Positions 63,757-64,000 of a stretch of 64,000 nt of DNA are shown piece after piece. The stretch comes from Camelus ferus. Its lineage: Eukaryota. The position numbers and the translations under genes are program-made. The notes below the pieces were generated by a model, which was not told the origin of the DNA, searched no databases, and worked only from the letters and a program-made list of their open reading frames with translations. Within the stretch, counting starts at the first letter, position 1, and each line of letters begins with the position of its first letter. The stretch is taken from NCBI RefSeq assembly GCF_009834535.1, contig NC_045697.1, positions 51,276,001 to 51,340,000 on the forward strand. The letters are read 5' to 3'.

Positions 63757-64000
63757 GTGACTGATTGTTTCTTTGATCATTTTTCTCATTCTTTTTATGT
63801 GCTCTATTTCATAGTGAAGTATAGTTTGCCTTTCATTTAAATTCCCCTAACTTATTCCAAAGGTTGCAAAGAAACTGGTGACCAAAGGCTGAATCTGGCC
63901 AACAGAGACAACCTATACTATATTTTAAATGGGGAAAAAAAGTATATGTTAATACTTTTAAAATTGGAACATTTTACATACAAACTTAGATGATTGTGGT

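Noticed and set aside
4425..63789. Antisense ORFs over exons (4425..4616, 10749..10955, 45810..46031, 63484..63789)
   Set aside because: Reverse-strand shadows of ANKRD17 exons with no independent splice or start evidence.

Overview
AT-rich mammalian genomic DNA lying entirely inside one + strand gene, ANKRD17 (multiple-ankyrin-repeat/single-KH, Mask-family protein). I traced 26 consecutive coding exons by hand from 4405 to 63756; numbered by recalled homology to human, they are exons 2-27. They splice into one uninterrupted 4,784-nt reading frame: N-terminal ankyrin cluster, Q-rich/coiled-coil linker, second ankyrin cluster, basic NLS-like stretch and Ser/Thr-rich region, stopping just before the KH domain. 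Exon 1, the promoter and the 3' exons are outside the window. Introns carry old eutherian repeats (Charlie1, MER82, MER5, MER81, MER96, Tigger2-like, MLT1, MIR, L2, L1M) and three younger tRNA-derived SINEs that resemble the camelid vic-1 family, so the source is probably a camelid (inference). I found no convincing new biological system. The best leads concern splicing and RNA structure: a GC-AG intron, a NAGNAG acceptor, a 753-nt symmetric cassette exon with a structured upstream region, two long AG-exclusion zones, an inverted SINE pair placed for back-splicing, and a three-hairpin element with AATAAA in a loop. Repeat family names come from recalled consensus sequences, not database searches, and repeat boundaries are approximate unless TIRs/TSDs are quoted.
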